A DNA stretch of 64,000 nt from Lama guanicoe (Eukaryota): NCBI GenBank assembly GCA_013239625.1, contig MU054117.1, positions 3,400,677 through 3,464,676 on the forward strand, read 5' to 3'. The stretch's first letter is position 1; each line of letters opens with the position of its first letter. A program made the position numbers and the translations under genes. Positions 25,905-64,000 of the stretch are shown piece after piece. The notes beneath the pieces are model-generated. The model did not search any database. It saw only the letters and a list, made by a program, of their open reading frames with translations, and was not told where the DNA came from.

Positions 25905-27430
25905 AGGCAAAGGAAAAAGAAAGAGCTTAAATGATCAACTGAACTTGACATCTCAAGGAGCTGGAAAAAGAAGAACAAACAAAGCCCGAAGTTAGTAGAA
26001 GGAAGAATACAACAAATATCAGAGCAGAAATCAACAAAACGGAGACTAAAAAGATAATAGAAAAGGTCAACCAAACTAAGAGCTGGTTTATTAAAAAAGA
26101 GAAACAAAATAGATGAGACTTTAGCCAAACTTACCAGCCACCAAAGGAAGAGGATTGAAATAGGAATTAAAGAGGAGACACTGCCGCTAACACCACACAA
26201 ACACAAAGAATCATAAGACGCTACTGTGAACAATTACATGCAAAGCAAACAAACAAACAAACAAAAAACCCCCAAAAGACGACCTAGAAGAAATCATAAG
26301 TTCCTGGAAACATTCCCTCCACCAAGACTGAATCCTGAAGAAATGGAAAACCTGAACAGACCAATTACTAGTGAGGATGGAAGCAGTAATGAAAACAAAA
26401 TCTCCCAACAAAGAAAAGTCCAGGACCACATGGCTTCACTGGCGAATTCCACCAAACGTTAAAAGAAGCATTAGCACCATTCCTTCTCAAAGTCGTCCAA
26501 AAACAGAGGAAAAGGGAACACTTTCAAACTAATGTTATGAGGCTAACATTACCCTGATGCCAAACCAGAAAAGGGCACTACAGGAAAAGAAAACCTGGAT
26601 GGAAACAGGGGCAAAAATCCCCAACAAATTATTAGCAAACCCAAATCAACAACACATTAAAAGGATCCCACACCGTGATCAAGAGGGACTAATCGCAGGG
26701 GTGAAAGGATGGTCCAGCATCCACAAATCAATCAACGTGATACACCATGTTAACAAAATGAAAGATAAAAATCATATGATCATCTCAACAGATGCAAAAA
26801 AAGCAACTGACGAAATTTAACATCCATTCGTGGTAAAAAAAAAAACCTCTCAACAAACTGTTTCTAGAGGGAACATCTTTCAACGTGGTAAAGGTCACAC
26901 ATGACAAGCCCACAGCTAACATCAATTTCAGTGGTCAAAAGTTGGAAGCGTTTCCTCTAAGGTCAGGAGCAAGGCAAAGATGCCCGCTTCTATCTGACGT
27001 CGGACTGGGAGTCCTGGCAAGAGTAATTAGGCAGGGAAAAGAAATACGGTGTCCAAACAAGAAAGGAAAGAGTAAAATTGTCCCTATTTGCAGGTAACAT
27101 AGTGTTATATACAGAAAACTGTAAAGACTCCACCAAAAAAGTTAGAACTAATAAATGAATTCAATAAAGGTGCAAGGTACAAAATCAGTATACAAAAAAA
27201 ATTGTAATTCTATCAGGAAGAGCAATTAACGAAACAATCCCATTTACAATTGTATCAAAAAGAATAAAAGACCTAGGAATAAATTTAACCAAGAAGGTGA
27301 AAGATCTCTACACTGGAAACTATAAGACAATGATGCAAGAAATTGAAGATGATACATGGAAAGATATGCTGCGCTCAGGGACCGACAGAATTAATATTGT
27401 TAACGTGTCCACCCACGAGAACCAAGAGCA
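25905..27430 (+). mobile_element. Degraded L1 ORF2 fragment (reverse-transcriptase region)
   Basis: Peptides LNPEEMENLNRPITS, NQQHIKRI...KSINVIHHVNKMKDKNHMIISTDAKKA and DKPTANI...[16 protein letters not shown] match L1 ORF2p. Fragmented by stops and frameshifts. Confidence 0.92.
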
Positions 27431-27892
27431 ATGAAACCAAGACGGTGATCACTGCTGAGCAGAGAGGAGGGGATACGGTGGTAGCAAAAATGCCCCCACT
27501 TTTTCTCCCCGTCCCGGGTCTGCGCTTTTGCTGTTCGACTTTGGTAGCTCTTCCCACCCACATAGGGACTGTGAGCTCGCTCCTTGGATATGCGATGGCT
27601 TTGTGGCTTGCTTCAACCAATGGAATGTGGTGGAAGTGAAGAATTAATATTGTTAACGTGTCCATCCACGAGAACCAAGAGCAATGAAACCAAGACAGTG
27701 ATCACTGCTGAGCAGAGAGGAGGGGATACGGTGGTAGCAAAAATGTCCCCACTTTTTCTCCCCGTCCCGGGTCTGCGCTTTTGCTGTTTGACTTTGGTAG
27801 CTCTTCCCACCCACATGGGGACTGTGAGCTCGCTCCTTGGATACGCGATGGCTTTGTGGCTTGCTTCAACCAATGGAATGTGGTGGAAGTGA
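27387..27892 (+). repeat. Direct tandem duplication, 2 x 253 bp
   Basis: 27387-27639 and 27640-27892 are collinear, with six substitutions counted by eye. Confidence 0.95.
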
Positions 27893-28100
27893 AGTGTCAG
27901 CTCTGAGTCTAGACCTCAGGAGGCTTTGCACGGCTCCACACTCTCTTTTTGGACCTGCTGCTGCATGTGAGCAAGTCTGGGCTGGCCTCCTGGAGGAGGG
28001 GACCCAGTGAAGGACAGTCCAGGTGTCCCAGCTGAGGTCATTCTAGTCCAGCCTTTAGCCAGCCAACCTCCATCACTCAGAAGTAGCTGACCTGAGGACT
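27730..28100 (+). mobile_element. MaLR (MLT1-type) LTR remnant; its first part is also present in the upstream duplicate copy
   Basis: Motifs such as cttgcttcaaccaatggaatgtggtggaagtga...ctctgagtctagacctcaggagg...catgtgagcaagtctgggctggcc resemble MLT1 LTRs. Confidence 0.55.
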
Positions 28101-29229
28101 CAGAATGGGGGAAGGGCAAAGGGGACCAGGGTTCAGCTGTATCTTTGATGGGTTATGTCTTAAAAGAAAGAGAGACCTTAAGCAAACAGAGCAAAAGGTT
28201 AAGATGTCGCAAGTATATGTAGTAGATAAGTGAGGATTTGTTATCTAGTTCTCCTAACTTTTCTGTATGTTTGCAGTATTTCACCATCACAGAAAATTTA
28301 GATAGAAAAGTGGGCTACACCAGACGGGGGGCCAAGGTGCTTTTAAAAAAAGACAAAGGGAGAGATGTACACTGTTGCCCCCGCCCTCTTCCCCTGTCAC
28401 CACACACACAGAGCAGACTAAGTGGACCAGGGATTCCCGACTCTCAGCCTCTTCTCTCGCCCCAGGACGTCTTCCCTGAGCTTCCCAGTGCTGAACCCTT
28501 TGCCAGCATTGAATGCTCTGCCTCAGTGCGTCAGCTCTGACAGCAAACATCTGATCTGTTTGCAGAGAGCCCGCAGAGATGAACCGGGGAAGCATCACAG
28601 GGCAGAGTCTGTACCGTTGTGACCAGAAGAGCCAATTTTAAATTTCATAGGTACTTCAGGCTACTATTACTTCCAAAATCCAGATTCACCCAATAAAAAC
28701 ATGATGGTCCTTCCTGCTCCACTCACAGGCAGGGTAGTCACCTACTCTGTGACTTCCTCCTGACACCCTAACCTGCCCTGTTCTTTGTAGCTGAACCTGT
28801 TGCTGCTACTGGCACAGGTGGCCTTGTGTTTCTGCCAGGATGTGTGCTCGCCCCACCGTGGGGGGGAAGAGGGCTTCCCGAGGATGCCCACTCGATGCCA
28901 GAGCGGGCAGGGCTCAGCGGCTGCTCTCGAGGGGCCCAGCATCCCCCCTGGCCCAACGCACCACTCTCTTCTGGTTCCGCCCGCCCAGCCCTCCACGTGC
29001 ACCGCGTTCTGCACTGACCGTGGATGCTCACTGTGTGTGCGCTGGTCCTGCGAGTTGCCCTGAGTCCTCATCCCAATTCAATTCGGGCTGCTTGAGGACA
29101 CGGTGTCTTGAGTGACTGAGAATCCCTGCTATCTACTGAAAGGCAAGAAGGAAAAAAGGAGAAAGGTCAGACAGGAAGGAGGAAAGGAGGTGGGGGGGCG
29201 GGAAGGGAGGGAGGAAGGAAGGAAGGATA

Positions 29230-29450
29230 ATAGCAGCACATATTTATAGACTGACTACCTGCCAGGTCGTGTGCGCTTTCTTAGTTAATCCTTCCAACCA
29301 CCCGGTGAGGTAGAGGCTATTATTAATTTTTCCGAGCTCACAGATGAGGAAACCTGCTTCCGAGGGTTGGGTAATGCATCCCGTGTAACGAGCCACGGCG
29401 AGGAAATCAGGGCGACCGCCCTTTGAACCAGATTTGCTTAACTCTGGGCA
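29230..29450 (-). mobile_element. MIR SINE
   Basis: ttaatccttccaaccaccc.gtgaggtag...cagatgaggaaac. Confidence 0.7.
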
Positions 29451-29879
29451 CCGTATCCCCGTCTCTGATGCCAGATTGTGGTGCTGGGTAGGGAGTTCGG
29501 AGCACAGGTGAGCGGATGACAAGGAGCCAGGAATTCATCACAAAGGAAGAAAAGGAAGAGAAGGACAGAAAGCAGAAGAGACGGAAGAGACGGGGGAGAC
29601 CCACTAAGACGGACGTTATTCTGACCCTGCAGCAGCACGGTTTCTGCTTAATCCCTTAATGACTCCTGAGAGGATGTCTGGGCTCCTCTGGCCACGTGTT
29701 CTGGGTCTCATTCACCACGTGCTGAAGACAGCCACCAAGAGCTTGTTACGCCCTCCTGCCAGCGGAGAAGACACACGGAGGGTCGACTCTGGTGCTGTGC
29801 ACGCAGTTAGCAGATCCTGAGCCCCTGTTCCAGGCGGGGTCAGGGGAGAGGGGCAGGGAGGTGGCGAAGTACAAGCCAG

Positions 29880-30240
29880 GAGCTGATCAGTATATAGCGT
29901 CTCTCATGTCTGTTTCTGTTCAGTGACAGACTCACATGACACAGATTGTTCATTAACGTTGAACTCATGACATCACTCACACCTGGACAAAGCTCATCTG
30001 ACACACGTATTTTCTCCACGAGGCGCATCACCGCTTTCCTGCACTTAGGAGCCCTAGACAGCACGTTAGCGCTACTCTCGGGGGTCATTTTAAACAGCAA
30101 AATCTCCAACAGAAAGCACAAAAATGTGAAAAATGTGGCAGTGAGTAGACTGCGACAAGGACACTGGCTTACGTGATGCGAGCTGAAACCAGAAGGCAGA
30201 GGGCCGCCCGGACCCTCCCCGCTGGGGCCGTGTGTGTCTG
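29880..30240. mobile_element. Tigger-family DNA transposon fossil
   Basis: acacgtattttctcc...cttaggagccctagacagcac...cattttaaacagcaaaatctccaacagaaagcacaaaaatgtgaaaaatgtggca. Confidence 0.65.
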
Positions 30241-33179
30241 GAGACTCAGTTTTCCCCTAATTTGTGCATGTGCACAAGTGGTGCTGAACGTGGTGCCAGC
30301 GGTGCCCCATTTCATCCTGAGCGTCAGTTACGACATCCGTGCAGCTCGGAGTTAACGAGATTATTGCTTTCGGAAATGACTCTATCACTTTTGGAGTTAC
30401 AAATACATTTTAGCGAGGAGGGGAATTTGCACAGATAAGAGTCCACGGTTAAGGAAGATGCATGATACGTAGCAGGAGGTTCAGCCAAGTCTTGGGCTTG
30501 GACACGTCAGGAACCCTGCTTTTCTCTGGGAAAACAGGAAAAGAAGAGAGATCTGGAGGGTATGGTGAGAAGTGTAGCTGTGCACATGGGACAGGACATC
30601 ACACGCACGTATCAGCCCTGCAGGGAACGGCGACCCAGCCATTCCCAGGCTTCAGCTGGGATTTTGTCCTGGTCAGCATCACAGATCACAGGAAAGTCTC
30701 CCAAGTCTGCTCACTTTACTCAGATAGCGCCTCAAGCCACTGCCTCTGCACGGCTTCCGGAGGCTGAATCTCACTCAGCTCCGTCCTTCGCATGGGAGAA
30801 ACTCGGCAAACACCTGCTGTTTATTGAACGGGACTTTTCAGAGCAATCTGCCACGTACTTTGTCCTTACCTCTGCCATGCATCCCTGTGTAATGTACTCT
30901 CAGTAAGTATTTCTGGGTAAAGCTGTGGTTCCCAACTTGAGGTTCCTAGAACTCGAGGTCCTTAAAGGTGCCTTAAATATGTCGCTGAGCTATTAAAGAA
31001 ATCATTTCCCAAAATACATTTCACTAGGGTGAGACCTCACAGGTTAACATAAAATGGCAAGGTTTTGTTTCTGATTTGGTGAACCTGCCTGGAATTACAT
31101 GGCGATAATTCTATATTATGGTACTGAATATTGCTTGCTAATACCATCCATCTCAGCTCCACAGACGTGTCTTTGATTAATGAAAAACAGATAACTGCTT
31201 AAATTGTTAAATAAAAGTTTTCAAAACATGGGGAAAGATGAAGATAATGGAAAAGTTCTTTGATGATTAAAGGATAGAAAACCACGGATCTGAATGCTTC
31301 TGAACACATGGAGCTTTTTTAAAATCTTTTTTTCTTTTTTTAAGGAACTTTGTGTATGTAGGTGTGGTAAAATATTTTTTACTGCTTCAAAATGATGATG
31401 ACGATTTTCACAATGCTGTGATTTCTTTTGTGCAAAGCCATCCAATTTCACCCCAATGGGAAAACTTAACAGAAGCCATCATTTTCACCCAGAAACTGAA
31501 AAAAAATGGACCGAGAATCTGCGAAGTTTTGTTCATTCTTTCAACACCGCTCAGCTGAGTCTGCTGAGGGCCTCCCGAATGGGACTCTTTCCGTGCATTC
31601 ATTCGTCCTTTGTGGAACATTCTTTCTCCTGGTGAGAATTAGCCAGGACCCAGCTGGAGTGACAGAGGCCGTGTACTGTGCTGGGAAGGGCTCTGCCAAC
31701 GCCCAGGCAACCTAGGTTGTGTTTCCCTGGAAATTCCTTCTCCTGCATTTCTTCCATTCCGGGCGCACTGTCATGCGGACCAACAGCTGGTACCACACCT
31801 CCCCACGGATGGCGAGGTCAGAGCCTGGCTGGGCTTTGTGCTTTGAGAACAGAAACAGGGGGAGGGGAAGGAAGAGCAGTAGGACCTGGAGACCTCAGGC
31901 TCAATGCCCTGCCTGGTCTCCGAAGTGTATTTTCAAAGCCTGCAGGAGCTGATCACCATCTGTCTTAGGAACACTTAACTGTTTGTACAAATAGAGAACT
32001 TGGTGCTCACTGAGACCATCCTCACCAATGTCTGCGCCCCTAAAGGCTCTTGGGGTCAGCTTCTCTCGACTTCCTGGCTGTGCACCACTGCCCCCTTCGA
32101 TCTGCATCTGCTTCTACCCGGACCTTAGACCGAGGATGCCCCCTGTATCCTTCACATCATCACTGAGCGGCTGAAACCACTCCCATCCAAGAAGCCCCCT
32201 AGAATGCTCGGGAAATGGTCTTAATCCCAGTCTTCCCAGTCCAGATACAAAACCACAGACTTCCTCATCTCCTGCTTAACTAAAATCCCTACCATTTAGT
32301 ATTTTACATCATATATGTTATCAGCTGAGTGCTTGGTGTGTCTTCATATAAATAGTACATAACCCCATAGCTTGATTCTTCCAGTCTCACCACTTCTGTG
32401 TACCTCAGACTGCAGGACCGTGTGAAAAATGGGTACTTAGCCCATTTATCTTGATTTCATGGGAAACGGTATCTTTCAATTGCCCCGTTTGAAAGCCACC
32501 ACTTTATAACTCACTTAAGAGAAGAGCCTGGAGGTGACGAAGGGCTGGCAGCTGCACTCGCCCGGCTTCCGCGGATGAACCCCGACTCCTGCACCCTGAA
32601 CCCCGCTGCTGTGGGCTCTGCGCTTAGTCACAGTATTCTGTGCAGATTCTCCTCTTGTTGAGGGCCTGGCACTGACCCCACTACCCCCACCTCCACTTGA
32701 CCTGTCGTGTTCCGAGCCAGACAGTCTGCACTGTCCCAGCACACCCCATCTTCCACCTCTGTCTAGCTTGCTTTGCGTTAGAGTCAGTCTCGATGGTAGC
32801 ACTGGTGCCTGGAAGACAATCTCTCGCTCTAAAGGGCGGAACACCTACCTTCTTCTTGGCGGAATCACTAGGCTCCTTGGAAAAGGATTTGGAAAGTGTT
32901 AGTGACTGACGGACAGAGTCTGGGGGGGGTGTTCTCCTTGCAGTTGTTACTGCTCAGTTGCTTCCTCAAGTTGAAAATCAAGACACACTCTCTGTTAGGA
33001 GAAGTCCGTGTGCCAAGAGCTTCCGTGCGTCACCACACCGAGGCACACTGACAGAGCTTTTGTTTCTTGGAACCAAGATGTACATCTTATGGGAACATCA
33101 AAGGTCCTCCACTTCAGTCCACTGGCCAATTACAACTTCCATCCATGGATATGATGAAACTAGCGCTTTCATAAATGCC

Positions 33180-33185
33180 TTTATT
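33180..33185 (-). terminator. Candidate distal polyadenylation signal (AATAAA) of FERRY3
   Basis: tttatt on the + strand, about 1 kb past the stop codon. Confidence 0.45.
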
Positions 33186-33774
33186 CGATGCAGTCAGTGC
33201 TCACGGCAAACGTGTTATAGACAGGTAAGTGATATGCAGCACCGGAGAGAGGAGTTCCACGAGGGGAGACAGTGGAAAAGGTGGCGAAGCAGCAGAGACA
33301 GAAGTGGGGACGCAGTTACCAGCAACAAGATAACACACGGAGGAGGACGACTCGGAGTGGAGAGGGCAGGAGGCAGGAAGGAGAAGTAAGGATGCCCGTC
33401 GCTGTCCGCCCGTCAGGATGCTGACGGGCACTGACACACTGCCGGGCGCTGGCGAGACCAGACCCCACCGGGCGAGCACAGGAGCGCCCCGTTTTCTCAG
33501 CCCAGGCAACGCTGCCGACAGACGGTCAGGGCCACAGAGGGAGGGTGAGACTGGTCAAGAGTCCAGAGTCTCTGACTTTTAACCTGCAAAACCTTAGAAA
33601 GGGTACATGACAAGCAAGTTTTTGAAACGGGGGAATTTGAGAGACTAATCACATTTGTCTCATATATGCATTTGTGTTTCTACAGAAAGGTTATCACAGG
33701 AAACCCACACTTGCAATGCACTCTTACTTCACTGCTTTTTAATTTTCTCCTGGTAAATCAGGGGGAAGGAAGGT

Positions 33775-33780
33775 TTTATT
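33775..33780 (-). terminator. Candidate proximal polyadenylation signal (AATAAA) of FERRY3
   Basis: tttatt on the + strand, about 400 nt past the stop codon. Confidence 0.45.
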
Positions 33781-34184
33781 TGTATGTTAATTAAGTCCTG
33801 CACCTGATACGATTCAAACCTTTCAGAAAAGTCAAACGCCTCCATGAACATGTAGTGAACAAACCGCCTACATCCAGGGTCCATGTGTGACATCTGGGAA
33901 GTTCGAATTCACTAATATTCACAGACAGGACATTTATCAGCAGGAAAAAAGAAGACATTTTGTTTAAAAAAAGACTTTAAGAACAACTGTGCAAGTAAGG
34001 GACTGACGACTAGTCTGCACAGCACGTGAATTTCTGGAATGTTCAACAGGCATTTATCAGGATTTGATTCGTGGCCTGGGTTGCAGGTTTTCTTCCCGGG
34101 ATCTCTGGCTTGACAGCATCCCGGCCCAGCTCTAGGTCCCGGAGGTCCTAACCACCTTCTGCCAGCATGTCAGTCTACGAGGCT

Positions 34185-61203
<27,019 letters not shown>

Positions 61204-62708
61204 CTAGTCTTCCCCATGTGTATCCTTGCATTTTCATCTTTTCTTTTTTCTGAAAGAAAAAAGAGAGCCGGACTGTTCTTTTTTTTTTTTAAATAAAAAG
61301 TTTCTTTTAAACTTCATTTAAGAAAACAATTATGCCCATAAAGCACTTAGCATTCCTAGGTAGAGTTCTTAAGAACAGATAAGGAACATGGAGAGAAAGC
61401 AGAGAAGATTCTTAGGAAGAGATGCGTGGCGGGCAGATACAGTTTATGAAATACTTGGTGAATACAAAGTCAAAGAAACAGGTCGGGGAACAGTGAATTA
61501 TGGAAGATCTTAAGAGGTTGTGGGTGTGAGATCCGATTGGAGGTGGAGGGAAAGGAAATGGTGTTGGAAAGATTACCAGGTGGGAAAAAGATATATGGAA
61601 AATGTAAAGTACAGGACTGCCCACAAGGCAAACTGGACAACTATCTGGAAAGAAGAAAATCTAGTCAAACAGAATAAAAGTCAACATCAGTTAAAGATGT
61701 ACTTATGAGTCTCCTAACTGGACTCCCTGTTGATAGGCATTGCCCCATCAACTCATTTCTCACACTAGTCTCTACACTGAAGTCACAGTCACCTTGTTAA
61801 AGTGCATATCTGATCATGTTGCTTATCTGCTTAAAACCTAAGACATTCTACTGCTCTCAGGATACAATATAAACTCCTTAATGTAGTTTTCCATGCCCCT
61901 GCTTATACCTCCAAACTTTTCTTTCAGCACCTGCACCCTCTTATCCGCAACACATAAATTTACAAATTTTATTTTCCAGCCACACCTAACTTCCTTCAAT
62001 ACCAAATCTCCCTTTCCACTCCCAACTTTTCGAAAGGCTTTTCCTTTGCCTAGAGCACTTCCACTGCTCTTCTTTCCTCGGCCAACAACTACTCATCCGT
62101 CATGTCTCAACTTAGGCCCCAGGAAGCCTTTTAATTTGTAGGACTGTCATATGGATTAATCAAATAATAAATACGAAGCATCTGACAAACATAAAGATGA
62201 CCCATTAATGGAAGCTGGTAAAAAAATAATAAGTAAGAAGCAGCTCTACAAGAACATACAAGTAAAAATAAATAATCCTAGGCCGTTGAGTACACATGAC
62301 GCAGGCAAAGGCAGTAAAGAAGCATTTTGCATGGAACTGAAAACTACGGAAGCACGGGCGTATGGTCTATTCTCGTTTAGTCAATATTTTCGGTAAACAA
62401 AAACCATTAGCTCTGGTTTCAACTGGTTCAACATTTAGATTTATTGTGTCTCAACAAATGGATACTTTAGTTCCCTCTCCCCACTTGTTATTATTAGCAA
62501 GGCTGAAATCAAGGGAAGGCTCCCCTAAAATAGTGGGATGGGGGAGGACAGCTGGACCAAAAGCGCGGAGGCTCTGAGGCTTAAATGCGTCAGGGGAAGG
62601 GAGAGCTGGGCCGAGAAGCCCCAGCCGGGCGAGAGGAACAGTCCCCCGAACCGCCAGTTAGACGGTTTCAGGGTGAAGGGGGCCTCCCCGTCCCGGTTGC
62701 GGGCTCAC

Positions 62709-62830
62709 CTCCGTGGCTCCTGGAGTTCCCAGCCGACCGCACTCGGCGCGCTGTCAACCGTCAGCTGACCATCGCCCTGCTTTCACAGCCGGAAGATCCG
62801 CTTCAGCAGATTCGCCCGCTTCTGTTCCTC
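62709..62830 (-). other. FERRY3: FERRY3 non-coding exon 1 (5' boundary approximate)
   Basis: Strong donor GAG|gtgagc at 62709/62708 at the edge of the CpG island, upstream of the ATG-bearing exon. The TSS cannot be fixed from sequence alone. Confidence 0.6.
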
Positions 62831-63216
62831 TTTCCTAGCACCTTGTAGAAAGTTTCTCGGTGTAAATGTACCCTATTTCAATACTACCTGAGTCGAATCA
62901 TTTAAAAAGTGTAAGAAGGTGTGTTTCTACCGTTACTGTGCATTTCGGAGACGGCGCAGAGGTCACTGTCGTGACGAAAGTGCAGCGGCGAAGCACGAAC
63001 CCCGCTCCGGCAGACCGGAAACGGAAGGGCGGTGCCTCGGGGTGGGCGTGAACGCGCCTCTCAGAGCGCATGCGCGCCCGCCGGGATGGCGGGTGAGGAT
63101 TGGAGGGTTGGCGGCGCGGGCGGAGAGCTCCGGGCCTGGCTTTGGGCGGGAATTCAAACCGCCGCTGTTGCGGACGAGAGCCTGGGAGCTGCAGGTTTCC
63201 AGCTTCGGAGGGGACC

Positions 63217-63233
63217 ATGGTGCGGCCTGCGAG
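63217..63233 (+). CDS. RAD51AP1: RAD51-associated protein 1, first coding exon (partial gene, continues beyond the window)
   Basis: Kozak ggaccATGG. ATG GTG CGG CCT GCG AG|gtgagc gives MVRPAR, matching the recalled MVRPVR N-terminus. Head-to-head with C12orf4 as in human. Confidence 0.85.
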
Positions 63234-64000
63234 GTGAGCGGTTCCTGTCAGGCGGGGGTGGTGGGGGAGGAGCAGGAGGACGCTGTAGGCTCGTCACCTG
63301 CGCGGGACTGAGGGGAAGGCCGGCGGCGAGGCGAGCGCCGGTGGGGCCGGGCCGTCGGTCCAGGGAAACGCTCCGGCCTCCAGTGAGAGCCTCCCACGGC
63401 TCACAGGGGGCCTGGCACCCTAGCTGTCTCCTTTTCTGGGCGCCCTTGGCGGTTACTGCCGTTTCTTCCACCCGCCGTCCTTCAAATAAGGCCTGGTCAC
63501 AGCGCTTTGCAGCGCACCAGGCTCCCTCCTGCGTGTTCATTGTTCATCACCATAGTTTCTTGACGTAGAAAGTTCAGGTCTTCCCTTTATATCTATTTAA
63601 ACTGCTAGGGACGAGAGCCAGTGGGCCCGAGTCACACCGCCGGTAAGTGACAGGGTAACACGCAAACCCAAGTCAGCTGGCGCCGCATCCCCTGCGTTTT
63701 CCCGTTAAGTGTACTCTTAGAGACTATTCCTCCACTAACCGCCGTCGAGAACCGTGGAGGCCTAGGGTCCGCCGTTGGTGTAGTAGAGTTCTGAGATAGT
63801 GTTTCTAATGTGCTGTGCCAGGTGCCGGAGGTTCCATTCTAGCCAAGGGGTCAGGTTGGGGGTCTGAAAGTAAACATGGCAAGTGAGAGAGAGTGAGGAG
63901 GCGAAAAGCCCTGCTTAAAGTAGGGTGGTTCGGACAGGACTCTCCCGGAAGGTAATGCAGGAGCTGAGACAGGGATGAGTGGCAAACTGGGTCACTCACA

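Larger units (their letters stand above)
62560..63480. promoter_or_regulatory. Bidirectional CpG-island promoter shared by FERRY3 (-) and RAD51AP1 (+)
   Basis: Dense CpG. Tandem ETS/GABP-type sites ACCGGAAACGGAAG at 63014-63027, NRF1 palindrome GCGCATGCGC at 63066-63075, E2F-type GGCGGGAA at 63145-63152 abutting CHR-type TTCAAA at 63153-63158. Confidence 0.85.

Noticed and set aside
26226..27097. Reverse-transcriptase-like peptides as a possible domesticated RT gene
   Set aside because: Multiple stops and frameshifts show an ordinary dead L1 ORF2 fragment.
27343..27892. Pairs of near-identical ORFs (98 and 102 aa on +, 96 and 86 aa on -) resembling a duplicated gene or array
   Set aside because: They result from the 253-bp tandem duplication of repeat-derived sequence. 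There are only two units and no spacers, so it is neither a CRISPR array nor a gene family.
31352..31558. 68-aa ORF with an acidic DDDD patch in the intergenic region
   Set aside because: No splice or promoter context and no recognisable homology, so it cannot be supported as coding.
63032..63568. 178-aa + strand ORF across the CpG island
   Set aside because: A Gly/Arg/Ala-rich by-product of CpG-island composition. The real RAD51AP1 start is the Kozak ATG at 63217 with a donor at 63234.

Overview
Mammalian genomic DNA, probably camelid, judging from two copies of a Vic-1-like tRNA-derived SINE (inference). The gene order matches the human 12p13 block FGF6 - FERRY3/C12orf4 - RAD51AP1. The window holds the complete FGF6 CDS on the minus strand (3 exons, 627 nt, 208 aa) and the complete FERRY3/C12orf4 CDS on the minus strand (13 coding exons, 1659 nt, 552 aa, one GC-AG intron). 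It also holds the FERRY3/RAD51AP1 bidirectional CpG-island promoter and the first coding exon of RAD51AP1 on the plus strand. The rest is intron or intergenic DNA rich in old repeats (L1, L2, MIR, MaLR LTRs, hAT and Tigger fossils). The most interesting observations are: (1) a candidate cassette exon in FERRY3 intron 6 that is poison or coding depending on the length of an A homopolymer; (2) strong-Kozak upstream AUGs in the FGF6 leader, one opening a 209-aa spliced overlapping ORF; (3) a recent 253-bp tandem duplication; (4) a tiny 5'-inverted L1 insertion; (5) mosaic GC3 content between FERRY3 exons. There is no evidence of a prokaryotic system or CRISPR array. All identifications come from reading the sequence and recalled knowledge, not from database searches.
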